DNA from: Thermoanaerobaculia bacterium
GTDB lineage: Bacteria; Acidobacteriota; Thermoanaerobaculia; Gp7-AA8
DNA length: 35,322 nucleotides
Reading direction: 5' to 3'
Assembly (NCBI GenBank): GCA_049586115.1
Contig: JBAVBF010000589.1
Location: forward strand, 1 to 35,322
Within the stretch, counting starts at the first letter, position 1. Each line of letters begins with the position of its first letter. A model generated the notes under the pieces. It searched no databases, was not told where the DNA came from, and saw only the letters and a program-made list of their open reading frames with translations. The translations under genes and the position numbers were made by a program. This document shows positions 9,743 through 17,283 of this stretch, one piece after another.

Positions 9743-10177
9743 ATGCGCGCCACGCTTCTCGCCGTAATCCTGCTCGCCGGCTGTGCCTCGGCGACGCCGG
9801 ACGACGCGAACGCGCCGAATGTTTCGCTGCACCTCGCAGAAGAAGAATCCGCGCCGAACTCCTACCTGTACGGCGGCCAGGTAAACGTGCGCTACACGCT
9901 ATCGGTCGCGAACCGGACGAAGGATCCGGTCACGCTGACGCGCATTGAAATCCATACGGTCAGCTCCGGCGCGTACACGATCCGTCCGACTTCGACGGTA
10001 ATCAACCTCGACGTCGCGCCCGGCCAGGAGAAGACGATTCCGATCTCGCTCTGGGCCAACGCCCGTGGCGGCAATCTCTCCGCCCACGAATCGGTCACGC
10101 TCCGCGCCGCGGCCTATATGAGCGGCCCAACCGGTCCGTTCGTACGCCTCTTCACCGAATACCTCAGCGAGCAATGA
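9743..10177 (+). CDS. Hypothetical lipoprotein
   Basis: MRATLLAVILLAGC gives a lipobox (LAGC). No other recognisable motif. Confidence 0.6.
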   Translation: MRATLLAVILLAGCASATPDDANAPNVSLHLAEEESAPNSYLYGGQVNVRYTLSVANRTKDPVTLTRIEIHTVSSGAYTIRPTSTVINLDVAPGQEKTIPISLWANARGGNLSAHESVTLRAAAYMSGPTGPFVRLFTEYLSEQ

Positions 10178-10205
10178 GTTAAAAATCGATGCCGGCGAAC
10201 TGCTT

Positions 10206-11903
10206 TTGAGAGAGACCTCTGACGTACGAGGTCGATGGCTCCGCTGGCTCGGTGCCGGATTGAACAGCGACGGCGCGCTCTACGTTTTTCTTCTCCTTCT
10301 GGTTTGGGGGCTGACCGTGCCCAAACGCGGCCTGTGGCAGGACGACACCTTGCTGCTGCGCCTCGCGCGCGACTTTCAGGGCCACGGTTTCGTCGCCGCG
10401 TTTACGCCGGTCGTTACTCCGTTGCGGCGGCTCTACTCGCTGCCATGCCGTCTGGCGCTGGCCACGCCGCAGCCCGTCCTGACGATGCACCTGATCTTCG
10501 GCGCGGTTTGGCTCGGGCAGGCGCTGGCAGCCGGCTGGATCTCGCGGCTGCTGATGCCGGGCAGGCGTCTTACGCAGTTTCTGGCGATCTGCCTGACGCT
10601 CACGGCGACCAGCGACTACCTGACCGACAATCTCACCGCGATCGGCTACAACATCAGCGCGTTCATGCTGCTGCTTGCGGTCGGCTGCAGCCTGCGCTAC
10701 ATGCTGGGCGGACGCATCGGTTGGATCGCTCTCGCGTGCGCGGCTACCTCGGTCAGCATCTGGACCATTGACGTCGCCATCCCGGCCCTGCCATTCGTAC
10801 CGCTGATCCTGTTTTGGCGTGGCGGTACCGAGGCCTGGCGGCGAATTTTCCTGGTGCTGTCGGCGCTCGGTCTGACGCTGGCTCACGCTGCCCAGGTCGA
10901 GTGGCGGTTTCTCCACGATCCCGCCAGTTATGCGGCAGTGGCGCTTCTGCCGATGCGCCTCGGGGATCGTCTTCATCGCACGATCGTTTTCTGGGCAGAG
11001 AACTTCACACCGTGGCGCTGGGTCTTCGCCCGCTCCGTCTGGTATCCCCGGCCGCCGGCGGCGATTCCGTGGTGGGCCATGGCGCTCGCTGCGGGAGTTG
11101 CGGCGGCGTGGTTCGCGCTCCGGGCACGCAGGACACAGAATCCGGATCTGCCGGAGCGCACGGCACGCACGCTCGTGCTCGCAGCGATCTTCGCTGCGAT
11201 GGCCCTGATCGCGAATGCCGCATATGCCGGACTGCAGATGGCCGAAATTCACTATCGCACGCACATCCTGTCGCGAACATGGGCATCATTGGCGGTCGCC
11301 GTTTCGGCCGGCTGGGCGGTGCAACAATGGCCTCGCTTCCGGAACCTTGTCCTGCTCGTGCTCGTCCTCTTTGTCGGGTTTGGAGTGTGGGGAGGACTGG
11401 AGCGTCAGGACCTCTGGGTTTCGACCTGGAGGCTGCACAAGAAGGAGCTCCTGTCGATCGTTACCGCGGCCCCCGCCTTGACACCCGGGACGGGGATCAT
11501 CCTTCGCAGCCCGCCCACGCCCGATTTGTATCTCGCGACCGAGGCCGAGTATCTGGCGCAGAGCTGGCTCATCCTGCTCTACGATGACCCTGCCATTCAC
11601 GCTCTGCGCATGACTCCTGATCGAGGGACGGGCTGCCGCGCCACGCCCGAGGGACTCGCGTGCTGGCGCGAGCAACAGGCCGGCTGCGTCGACGCCGGCA
11701 CGTGCGCTCCCGATCGCTTTCCCTACGAAACGCTGGTGATGATGGACTTCGACACGCGGAGAGGAACCTGGCAGTTGGTTTCCACCCCGCGGGGTGATTC
11801 TCTATTGGGCGGATCGGCCGCGGCGCTGGCTGGTTATCGGCCAGCCGGCCGCATCGTGCAACGTCCATTGACGCCGCGGCAGCGCGCCCTCTTGCTCGAG
11901 TAG
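10206..11903 (+). CDS. Polytopic membrane protein, possible GT-C-fold (ArnT/PMT-like) glycosyltransferase
   Basis: TTG start. More than 10 hydrophobic segments, with an acidic DD motif just after the first TM (GLWQDDTLLL) as in GT-C enzymes. Sits directly upstream of a GT2 and a sugar epimerase. The functional call is tentative. Confidence 0.55.
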   Translation: MRETSDVRGRWLRWLGAGLNSDGALYVFLLLLVWGLTVPKRGLWQDDTLLLRLARDFQGHGFVAAFTPVVTPLRRLYSLPCRLALATPQPVLTMHLIFGAVWLGQALAAGWISRLLMPGRRLTQFLAICLTLTATSDYLTDNLTAIGYNISAFMLLLAVGCSLRYMLGGRIGWIALACAATSVSIWTIDVAIPALPFVPLILFWRGGTEAWRRIFLVLSALGLTLAHAAQVEWRFLHDPASYAAVALLPMRLGDRLHRTIVFWAENFTPWRWVFARSVWYPRPPAAIPWWAMALAAGVAAAWFALRARRTQNPDLPERTARTLVLAAIFAAMALIANAAYAGLQMAEIHYRTHILSRTWASLAVAVSAGWAVQQWPRFRNLVLLVLVLFVGFGVWGGLERQDLWVSTWRLHKKELLSIVTAAPALTPGTGIILRSPPTPDLYLATEAEYLAQSWLILLYDDPAIHALRMTPDRGTGCRATPEGLACWREQQAGCVDAGTCAPDRFPYETLVMMDFDTRRGTWQLVSTPRGDSLLGGSAAALAGYRPAGRIVQRPLTPRQRALLLE

Positions 11904-11918
11904 CTCGGGATTAGTCGA

Positions 11919-12644
11919 ATGGTCCCGGAGCTCTCCGTCGTCATCCTTTGCTACCGCTCCGGCAGTGCCGCGCGCTCCTTCGCGGCGCGCATTGGCAAGT
12001 CACTGCTCGATGCTGGTGTCGACAACTATCAGCTCGTGCTCGTCGGCAACTATGTGGACGGTAGCGACGACACGACCCCGGACGTCGTACGCGAGCTGGC
12101 GGCCTGTGATCGCCGCATCGTCTGTTCGGCGGTGGTGAAGCAGGGAATGATGGGTTGGGACTTGCGCAGCGGACTGGCGCTCGCGACCGGCCAGTATCTG
12201 GCGGTCATCGATGGCGACGGTCAGGTTCTGGTCGAGGATCTGGTGCGGATCTACCGGCTGCTGCGCGAACAGCAGCTCGATCTGGCGAAGACGTACCGAA
12301 AGCAGCGCGGCGACGGTCTCAAACGCAAGGTCATTTCTCTCGTCTTCAACGGGCTCTTTCATGTTCTTTTCCCTGGCGTTCTGGTGCGGGACATCAACGC
12401 GAAGCCGAAGATCCTGACCCGCGCGGCCTACGAGCGGATGACGCTGCAATCCTCCGATTGGTTCATCGACGCCGAGATCATGATCCAGGCCCGCGCTCTG
12501 GGACTTCGCGTCGGCGAGACGGAAACAGAGTTTCTCGGTTTGACCGGCCGCCGCTCCTTCATCACGTTGGCGGCAGTCTTCGAGTTCCTGCGCAATCTCC
12601 TGCGCTACCGGATCGTGGAGTTCCGGCGAAAGGTCCGGAAATGA
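11919..12644 (+). CDS. Family 2 glycosyltransferase (polyprenyl-phosphate sugar transferase-like)
   Basis: LSVVILCYRS N-terminal strand, DxD-type motif (VIDGDGQ), and a size and layout typical of GT2. Confidence 0.85.
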   Translation: MVPELSVVILCYRSGSAARSFAARIGKSLLDAGVDNYQLVLVGNYVDGSDDTTPDVVRELAACDRRIVCSAVVKQGMMGWDLRSGLALATGQYLAVIDGDGQVLVEDLVRIYRLLREQQLDLAKTYRKQRGDGLKRKVISLVFNGLFHVLFPGVLVRDINAKPKILTRAAYERMTLQSSDWFIDAEIMIQARALGLRVGETETEFLGLTGRRSFITLAAVFEFLRNLLRYRIVEFRRKVRK

Positions 12645-13522
12645 GGATCCTGGTGACCGGTCCCGGGCGCCTCGGCCGTCCGCTGATTGGGGAGTTGCAC
12701 CGGCGCGGCATCACCGGCACTGTCGTGCATCGCAACGCGTCGGACGACGTACCGCCCGGCTGGCGATCCGTCCGCGCCGACGTGACGCGGCCGGAGAGCC
12801 TCGCGGGCGTCTGCACCGACTGCGATGAGGTTCTCCACCTGGCGGCCGTCACGCACTCCAACCGTAGCAGTCGCTACACCGAGGTCAATGCAATCGGAAC
12901 GAGGAATCTCGTGGAGCAGGCACGGCGAGCCGGAGTCAAACGGTTCACGCTCGTCAGCACGCGTGCGATCTCTCCCGCGGGCGGCGCCTACAGCCGGTCC
13001 AAAATTCAAGCCGAGGAAATCGTTCGGAGTTCGGGTCTGACCTGGAACATCCTCCGGCCTGCCGAAGTCTATGGCGCAGGCGGTGAAGGGATCTCGACGT
13101 TGATCGAACGCTGCCGCGAAGGCCGCTGGGTCCCTGTCGTCGGCGACGGCAGCCCTCGGCTGGCGCCGGTCTACGTCGATGACGTCATCGACGGCATCTG
13201 CCGGGCTGTGATCACTCCCAGCGATGGCGGCGTTCACGTGCTCGCGGGACCGGAAGAAATGAGCTACCTCCAGCTGATCGAGCGCCTGTCAGCCATTTTC
13301 CACACCACTCCTCGGACCATCCGCGTGCCTGCCACCTTGCTCGCCCTCGCCGGTCGAGCGCTCGCGCTCCTCCCACTCGAAAAGCCACCGCTCTACGCCG
13401 ACCAGGTGGCGCGCCTGTTCAGTCCGAAGAGCCACGACACCGAGAGCGCGTTTCGAACCTTCGGTTTCACCGCCCGGCCGCTCGAGCAAGGTCTTCGCGC
13501 GCTCGTCCATGCCCGGTCGTGA
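12641..13522 (+). CDS. NAD-dependent epimerase/dehydratase (extended SDR)
   Basis: MRILVTGPGRLGRPL Rossmann GxxGxxG motif and a YxxxK catalytic motif (YSRSK). The ATG at 12641 overlaps the GT2 stop (ATGA). The track ORF from 12155 is an out-of-context upstream extension. Confidence 0.85.
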   Translation: MRILVTGPGRLGRPLIGELHRRGITGTVVHRNASDDVPPGWRSVRADVTRPESLAGVCTDCDEVLHLAAVTHSNRSSRYTEVNAIGTRNLVEQARRAGVKRFTLVSTRAISPAGGAYSRSKIQAEEIVRSSGLTWNILRPAEVYGAGGEGISTLIERCREGRWVPVVGDGSPRLAPVYVDDVIDGICRAVITPSDGGVHVLAGPEEMSYLQLIERLSAIFHTTPRTIRVPATLLALAGRALALLPLEKPPLYADQVARLFSPKSHDTESAFRTFGFTARPLEQGLRALVHARS

Positions 13523-13596
13523 GAGCCGCGTGCTAGAATCCGCGGGCCGTTTTAGAGGCTGCTTCTCTTGAAAAAGACGTAGTTGCCTTGATCGGG

Positions 13597-13672
13597 CGAG
13601 CGTAGCTCAGTTGGTAGAGTAGGAGCTTCCCAAGCTTGGTGTCGAGGGTTCGAGTCCCTTCGCCCGCTCCAT
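13597..13672 (+). tRNA. tRNA-Gly, anticodon CCC (13630-13632), CCA encoded
   Basis: Manual cloverleaf fold. D arm is GCTC/AGTTGGTA/GAGT. Anticodon loop is TTCCCAA. T arm is GAGGG/TTCGAGT/CCCTT. The 3' end CGCCCGC-T-CCA matches my recollection of the E. coli glyU 3' end. Two stem mismatches are present (A4:C69, G27:G43). Confidence 0.85.
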
Positions 13673-13757
13673 TAGATTCAGACATTTAACCTGTTCGTAG
13701 TGACTTCGAAAACGTCGAGGTCTCTATGGCGGTCTCCATTCGCTCCCCGCTTTCCCA

Positions 13758-13784
13758 CTTCCGAGTCGTTCCCACCGCTTCCGA
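13758..13784 (+). promoter_or_regulatory. Two CTTCCGA repeats 20 nt apart between attL and the xis-like gene (possible arm-type or operator sites)
   Basis: CTTCCGA occurs at 13758-13764 and 13778-13784, with a degenerate third copy GCTTCC at 13794-13799. The same core recurs in other island intergenic regions. Confidence 0.3.
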
Positions 13785-13834
13785 TTCTCACGCGCTTCCT
13801 CCATGCACGATGGTGCGGACCACCGAGGTCACGC

Positions 13835-14053
13835 ATGGAGAAACGGATCTCATCGACCGACGCGGCGCGCCTCATTGGGATACGCACGCAGACGCTCGCG
13901 AAGTGGCGTTGGCAGGGCAAGGGCCCAGCCGGTTGGGTGCGCATCTCTCCGACGCACGTCACATATCCGCTCAGCGCGATCGAGAAGTTCATCGCAGAGT
14001 GTGGAGCCGCCGAGGAGCCGAAGGAAAAACGGGGGTGCGGCGATGAACCTTAA
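13835..14053 (+). CDS. Excisionase-family / HTH_17-type DNA-binding protein
   Basis: MEKRISSTDAARLIGIRTQTLAKWRWQGKGP...ISPTHVTYPLSAIEKFI has the typical short Xis/AlpA-like helix-turn-helix. Overlaps the integrase start by 11 nt. Confidence 0.7.
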   Translation: MEKRISSTDAARLIGIRTQTLAKWRWQGKGPAGWVRISPTHVTYPLSAIEKFIAECGAAEEPKEKRGCGDEP

Positions 14054-15224
14054 GGGGCTTCACTACGACGCGCGCCGGAAGCGAGCGGTCCTCGACGGCT
14101 ACACGCGAGATACGGACGGAGAGCGGCGCCGACGGCAGCGAACGATCGAGAACATCACGAAACGCGAGGCCGTCGAGGAGTGGAAGAAGTTCCGCGCCGA
14201 CCTCGAAAGCGGTCGCGCAATCGACGGTCCCGTGACCCTGAAGCAGTTCGTCGATCTGTTCTTCGAGGACATTGGTCAAAACCACCAGGAGAGCACGCGC
14301 GCGACACAGCGAACGCTTCTCGATTGCCAGATCTTGCCGTACTTCGGCAAGACGGTGCTCGAGGAGATTTCGAGCATCCGCGTCGCGAAGTTCATCGCCA
14401 ATATGAAGAAGAACGGTCGCGCTCCGAGCTACATAAACAACGCCGTGCGACTCATCAAGATGCTGCTCCGGCAGGCCGTCGAGCGCGATGTCATTGCCGA
14501 CTATCCCCTCAAAAAGAAGGTGCCGAAAGAGAAAGAGAAGCCGCTCCGGCTGGAACTCACGCGCGATGAACGCGACCGGTTCTTTGCGGTATTTGATGAT
14601 GAAGCAGGATTCCGTCGATACCTCGACGACAAGCGCAAACTTGGCCCTGTCACGCAGAGCGAGAGCTTCAAGAAACCTCGACGCTTTGGCGGCGGACTGC
14701 GAGGCGACAGCAAGGCTGCGGGTATAGCCTTCGCTCGCTTCCAGGAACTTCGCGAGCTGTTCGTTGTCGCCGTGGATACCGGCCTGCGCAAGGGTGACCT
14801 GCGGAACCTCCGATGGAATCAGATCGATTTCGCCGAAGGCTTCATCCGGGTCCTGATGCAGAAGACATCGTTGGAGGCAGAGATCCCGATCTCGGCTGCC
14901 TGTCGCGCGGCGCTCATCGCCATTGAATCGCGATGCGGTCGCGCCGAGTACGTGTTCCGCGACGGAACCGGCAAGCGGTATTCACAGACGAGGATTCGAC
15001 GCACGTTCGTGCTCGCGAAGAAGCTTGCCGGGATCACTCGACGCTTCCGACCTCACGATCTTCGGCACACCTTCGGGTGCCGGCTCGCCAGTAGCTCGGT
15101 CGGGCTGCAGATCATAGCGAAGGCGCTCGGGCATACGACCACGCGCATGGCCGAGCGCTACGCGCGGCCATCGGAGGAAGCGATGCGCATCGTCGTCCGG
15201 GCGCTCGATGCGGATCCGCTCTAG
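14043..15224 (+). CDS. Tyrosine site-specific integrase
   Basis: Catalytic signature present: GLRKGDLRNLRW (Arg I), HDLRHTFGCRLA (H-x-x-R), LGHTTTRMAERYARP (His and Tyr nucleophile). The ATG at 14043 (MNLKGLHYD) is preferred over the long Arg-rich track extension from 13803. Confidence 0.9.
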   Translation: MNLKGLHYDARRKRAVLDGYTRDTDGERRRRQRTIENITKREAVEEWKKFRADLESGRAIDGPVTLKQFVDLFFEDIGQNHQESTRATQRTLLDCQILPYFGKTVLEEISSIRVAKFIANMKKNGRAPSYINNAVRLIKMLLRQAVERDVIADYPLKKKVPKEKEKPLRLELTRDERDRFFAVFDDEAGFRRYLDDKRKLGPVTQSESFKKPRRFGGGLRGDSKAAGIAFARFQELRELFVVAVDTGLRKGDLRNLRWNQIDFAEGFIRVLMQKTSLEAEIPISAACRAALIAIESRCGRAEYVFRDGTGKRYSQTRIRRTFVLAKKLAGITRRFRPHDLRHTFGCRLASSSVGLQIIAKALGHTTTRMAERYARPSEEAMRIVVRALDADPL

Positions 15225-15371
15225 CTCGGCGACGAGGGCCATCGACGACGTTCGCCTCTGGATCAAGTCTTTGGTGAGGAGCTGGTAACAATGTGGAACC
15301 TGGCGGCGACAACCGACTGCCCGCCCCTGATCTGTTCATCGACGCTAAACCGCTCGCCGTCTATTGAACCG

Positions 15372-15521
15372 TCATCGCTCCACTCGCTGAAGAGTGGTCC
15401 CGCATTTGTGGCATCGTCCGCCGTTCGAACATCCCCACGAGAGATGCCAGCGGCACTTGGGACACCAATAGGGGATCTGGTCGATGACACGTCCGCAGCG
15501 CACGCAAACTGGCCTGGGCAT
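15372..15521 (-). CDS. 49-aa zinc-ribbon mini-protein (below the track size cut-off)
   Basis: Manual translation gives MPRPVCVRCGRVIDQIPYWCPKCRWHLSWGCSNGGRCHKCGTTLQRVER. It has three CxxC pairs plus one extra Cys. A strong SD (GGAGGAG) lies 5 nt upstream of the ATG. GC3 is about 67% by my count. Divergent from the radical-SAM operon. Confidence 0.45.
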   Translation of the reverse strand: MPRPVCVRCGRVIDQIPYWCPKCRWHLSWGCSNGGRCHKCGTTLQRVER

Positions 15522-15786
15522 TAGCTCCTCCGCGTTCCGACGAAATCGTACACCCCTCCGCTTCCTTCAGCTCGTCGAGCGAATTACTTCGTGAAAAAAG
15601 GGAAATGTCGCTGCTGCTAAGTTAAGATCCACTTGGTCCAGCAAAAATGGGAGTACCGGGTGTGACAAAGAGTTCCACGGAGATCGCTACAAATCCTCCG
15701 TGAACAAGAAATGCGCATTCTAGGATCGGAAACGAGTTCGTGTTGTATCGCAACGTCGATCCTTCTTTTTCGATGATGGAGCAAGG
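15522..15786. promoter_or_regulatory. AT-richer divergent intergenic region, presumed promoter/operator region for the Zn-ribbon ORF and the radical-SAM operon
   Basis: 265-nt non-coding gap between divergent starts. Contains a 6-bp inverted repeat ACGGAG-N13-CTCCGT (15676-15700) and one TTCCGAC copy (15535-15541). No convincing -35/-10 pair could be assigned. Confidence 0.3.
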
Positions 15787-16458
15787 ATGGAAGACAGGGA
15801 CGACTGCTGGCCCGAGGATCCAGACGTACTCCACATCGCCCATCGCGCCGATCGGTGTGCGGTTCTCGGGCCCGGCATGCGGGCCGTAATTTGGGTGCAG
15901 GGCTGCAAACTCCGGTGCCCAAGCTGCATCGCACCACAGTCTCTGCCCTTTCACGGCGGATATGTCGTCGGCGTTGATGAGCTGGCCCGAGATCTCGCTG
16001 CGCTTCCGATTGACGGCGTCACCATTTCTGGAGGCGAACCGTTCGAGCAGGCCTTGGCACTCTGCCGCTTGATTCGCTCGACACGCATTCGCAGAGATGT
16101 CTCGTTCCTCTGCTACACCGGATATGAATTCGAGCATCTGCAGCGCCACGGAACTCAAGCCCAACTCGAATTGATCACGGAACTCGATCTGTTGATTGAC
16201 GGCCCGTACGTCGAAGGACAACACGGGGAAGACCTCTGGCGCGGATCGGCGAATCAGCGCATCCATTTCCTGTCGGACCGCCACACGCGAGGAATTCTGG
16301 ATCGTGCCTCAGATGCGTCCCTGATCGAAGCGACGGTAACCTCCGACGGGTCTCTCTTTTGGATGGGCATACCCCCAAAAGGCTTCACGCGAGACTTGCT
16401 ATCACGACTCGCGGCTCAGGGGATTACTTTCGAACATCGAGGAGCCTACGATGAGTGA
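15787..16458 (+). CDS. Radical SAM enzyme of the NrdG/PflA-activase-like (4Fe-4S single-cluster) type
   Basis: GPGMRAVIWVQGCKLRCPSCIAPQ carries CX3CX2C (C40, C44, C47; nt 15904-15927), preceded by the GPGxR...QGC block typical of activases. ISGGEP SAM-binding motif is present. About 220 aa. SD GGAG lies 5 nt upstream. Confidence 0.8.
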   Translation: MEDRDDCWPEDPDVLHIAHRADRCAVLGPGMRAVIWVQGCKLRCPSCIAPQSLPFHGGYVVGVDELARDLAALPIDGVTISGGEPFEQALALCRLIRSTRIRRDVSFLCYTGYEFEHLQRHGTQAQLELITELDLLIDGPYVEGQHGEDLWRGSANQRIHFLSDRHTRGILDRASDASLIEATVTSDGSLFWMGIPPKGFTRDLLSRLAAQGITFEHRGAYDE

Positions 16459-17269
16459 CTCTCCCAAGTGTTCCACACCGAGTCTGAGGGATCAGGAAGA
16501 GCAGCGCCTCCGTGCGGAGCGTGAACGGCTCGCGGCGGAGGAGAACGCACGTCGCCATGCGGAAGCTGAGAGGATCCGACGTGAGCGGATCGAGCAACTC
16601 CGTGTGATCGAGGAGCTTCGAGCAAGGCATCGGGAGGCTCTCGAGAACCTTGCAGACCTCCAGGGAGAGGTTGAGGCGCTCAAGTCGGATGCCGTGACCA
16701 TGCGTTGGAAGCACGACGCTGTGGACGCTCTCGAAACAGCGGTGGCACGTGCAGCGCGGGAGATTGAGGCCGGAGCATTCGATGTGCCGATCTCGAAGCT
16801 TCGATCGATGAAGAAGACCATCCTTGTGATAGTCGCTGAGGCGCAAGAGCGCCAACTTGCCGAGGATCGTCGTCAGTACATCGTCAATGGTCTGGTGACG
16901 GTCTTAGGGCAGATGGGGTTCGTACTCTCTGCGGACAGCCCTCGGCACGGGGATGCGTCGCCATCCTCCGACGTCATGCTCAGTGCACGCAGACTCGGGG
17001 GTGGGGCTGTTGCTGTTTCGATCCCTCTCGAAGGAGAAGTGTTGTACGACGTGGAGGGATACGCGAAGCGCAAGGAGACACACTTCGACGGGGCCGTCAC
17101 GGCAACGTGCGACGAAGCTGAGGCTGAGATCCAGCACGTGCATGACGCGCTAGCTCGGGATTTCGGTATTCAGATGAGCGAGCTCACTTGGGCAGGGAAG
17201 CCGGTTCGAAGCGACAAGCAGGCCGAAGCGCTCCCGCGCGGTGGTAGCCGTGGTCGCGAACGAACGTAG
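16451..17269 (+). CDS. Coiled-coil protein with a C-terminal alpha/beta domain, unknown family
   Basis: The N-terminal 130 aa or so are strongly charged heptad-like sequence (EEQRLRAERERLAAEENARRHAEAERIRRERIEQLRVIEELRARHREALENL). The start overlaps the radical-SAM stop by 8 nt, with GGAG 6 nt upstream. Confidence 0.7.
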   Translation: MSDSPKCSTPSLRDQEEQRLRAERERLAAEENARRHAEAERIRRERIEQLRVIEELRARHREALENLADLQGEVEALKSDAVTMRWKHDAVDALETAVARAAREIEAGAFDVPISKLRSMKKTILVIVAEAQERQLAEDRRQYIVNGLVTVLGQMGFVLSADSPRHGDASPSSDVMLSARRLGGGAVAVSIPLEGEVLYDVEGYAKRKETHFDGAVTATCDEAEAEIQHVHDALARDFGIQMSELTWAGKPVRSDKQAEALPRGGSRGRERT

Positions 17270-17283
17270 TCGGAGATAAACGT

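Noticed and set aside
11024-11036. 13-nt identity (CTTCGCCCGCTCC) with the tRNA-Gly 3' end (13659-13671)
   Set aside because: I considered it as a possible att repeat. It lies upstream of the tRNA, inside an intact membrane-protein reading frame (VFARSVW), and on the wrong side of the integrase. It is most likely chance in GC-rich sequence.
6568-11264. Large alternative-frame ORFs (6568-7473 -, 6811-7584 +, 7332-8078 +, 7915-9081 -, 8124-8987 +, 9156-9767 +, 10179-11264 -)
   Set aside because: All are low-complexity Arg/Pro-rich translations. They overlap the ankyrin, symporter and GT-C genes, whose frames carry real motifs and TM periodicity.
12155-12640. Upstream extension of the epimerase ORF
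   Set aside because: It overlaps the GT2 gene in another frame and is Arg/Gly-rich. The Rossmann motif follows the ATG at 12641 immediately, and that ATG forms an ATGA junction with the GT2 stop.
13524-13553. Weak hairpin (CCGCG-N10-CGCGG) followed by TTTT after the epimerase gene
   Set aside because: The stem is only 5 bp with a 10-nt loop and a 4-nt spacer before the T-run. This is too weak to call a terminator.
13803-14042. N-terminal extension of the integrase ORF, and the 13700-13834 extension of the xis-like ORF
   Set aside because: These are Arg-rich, non-protein-like sequence. The internal ATGs give products of canonical size and N-termini.
15622-16284. 220-aa minus-strand ORF
   Set aside because: It is antisense to the radical-SAM gene, whose CX3CX2C/GGEP motifs and SD fix the plus frame.
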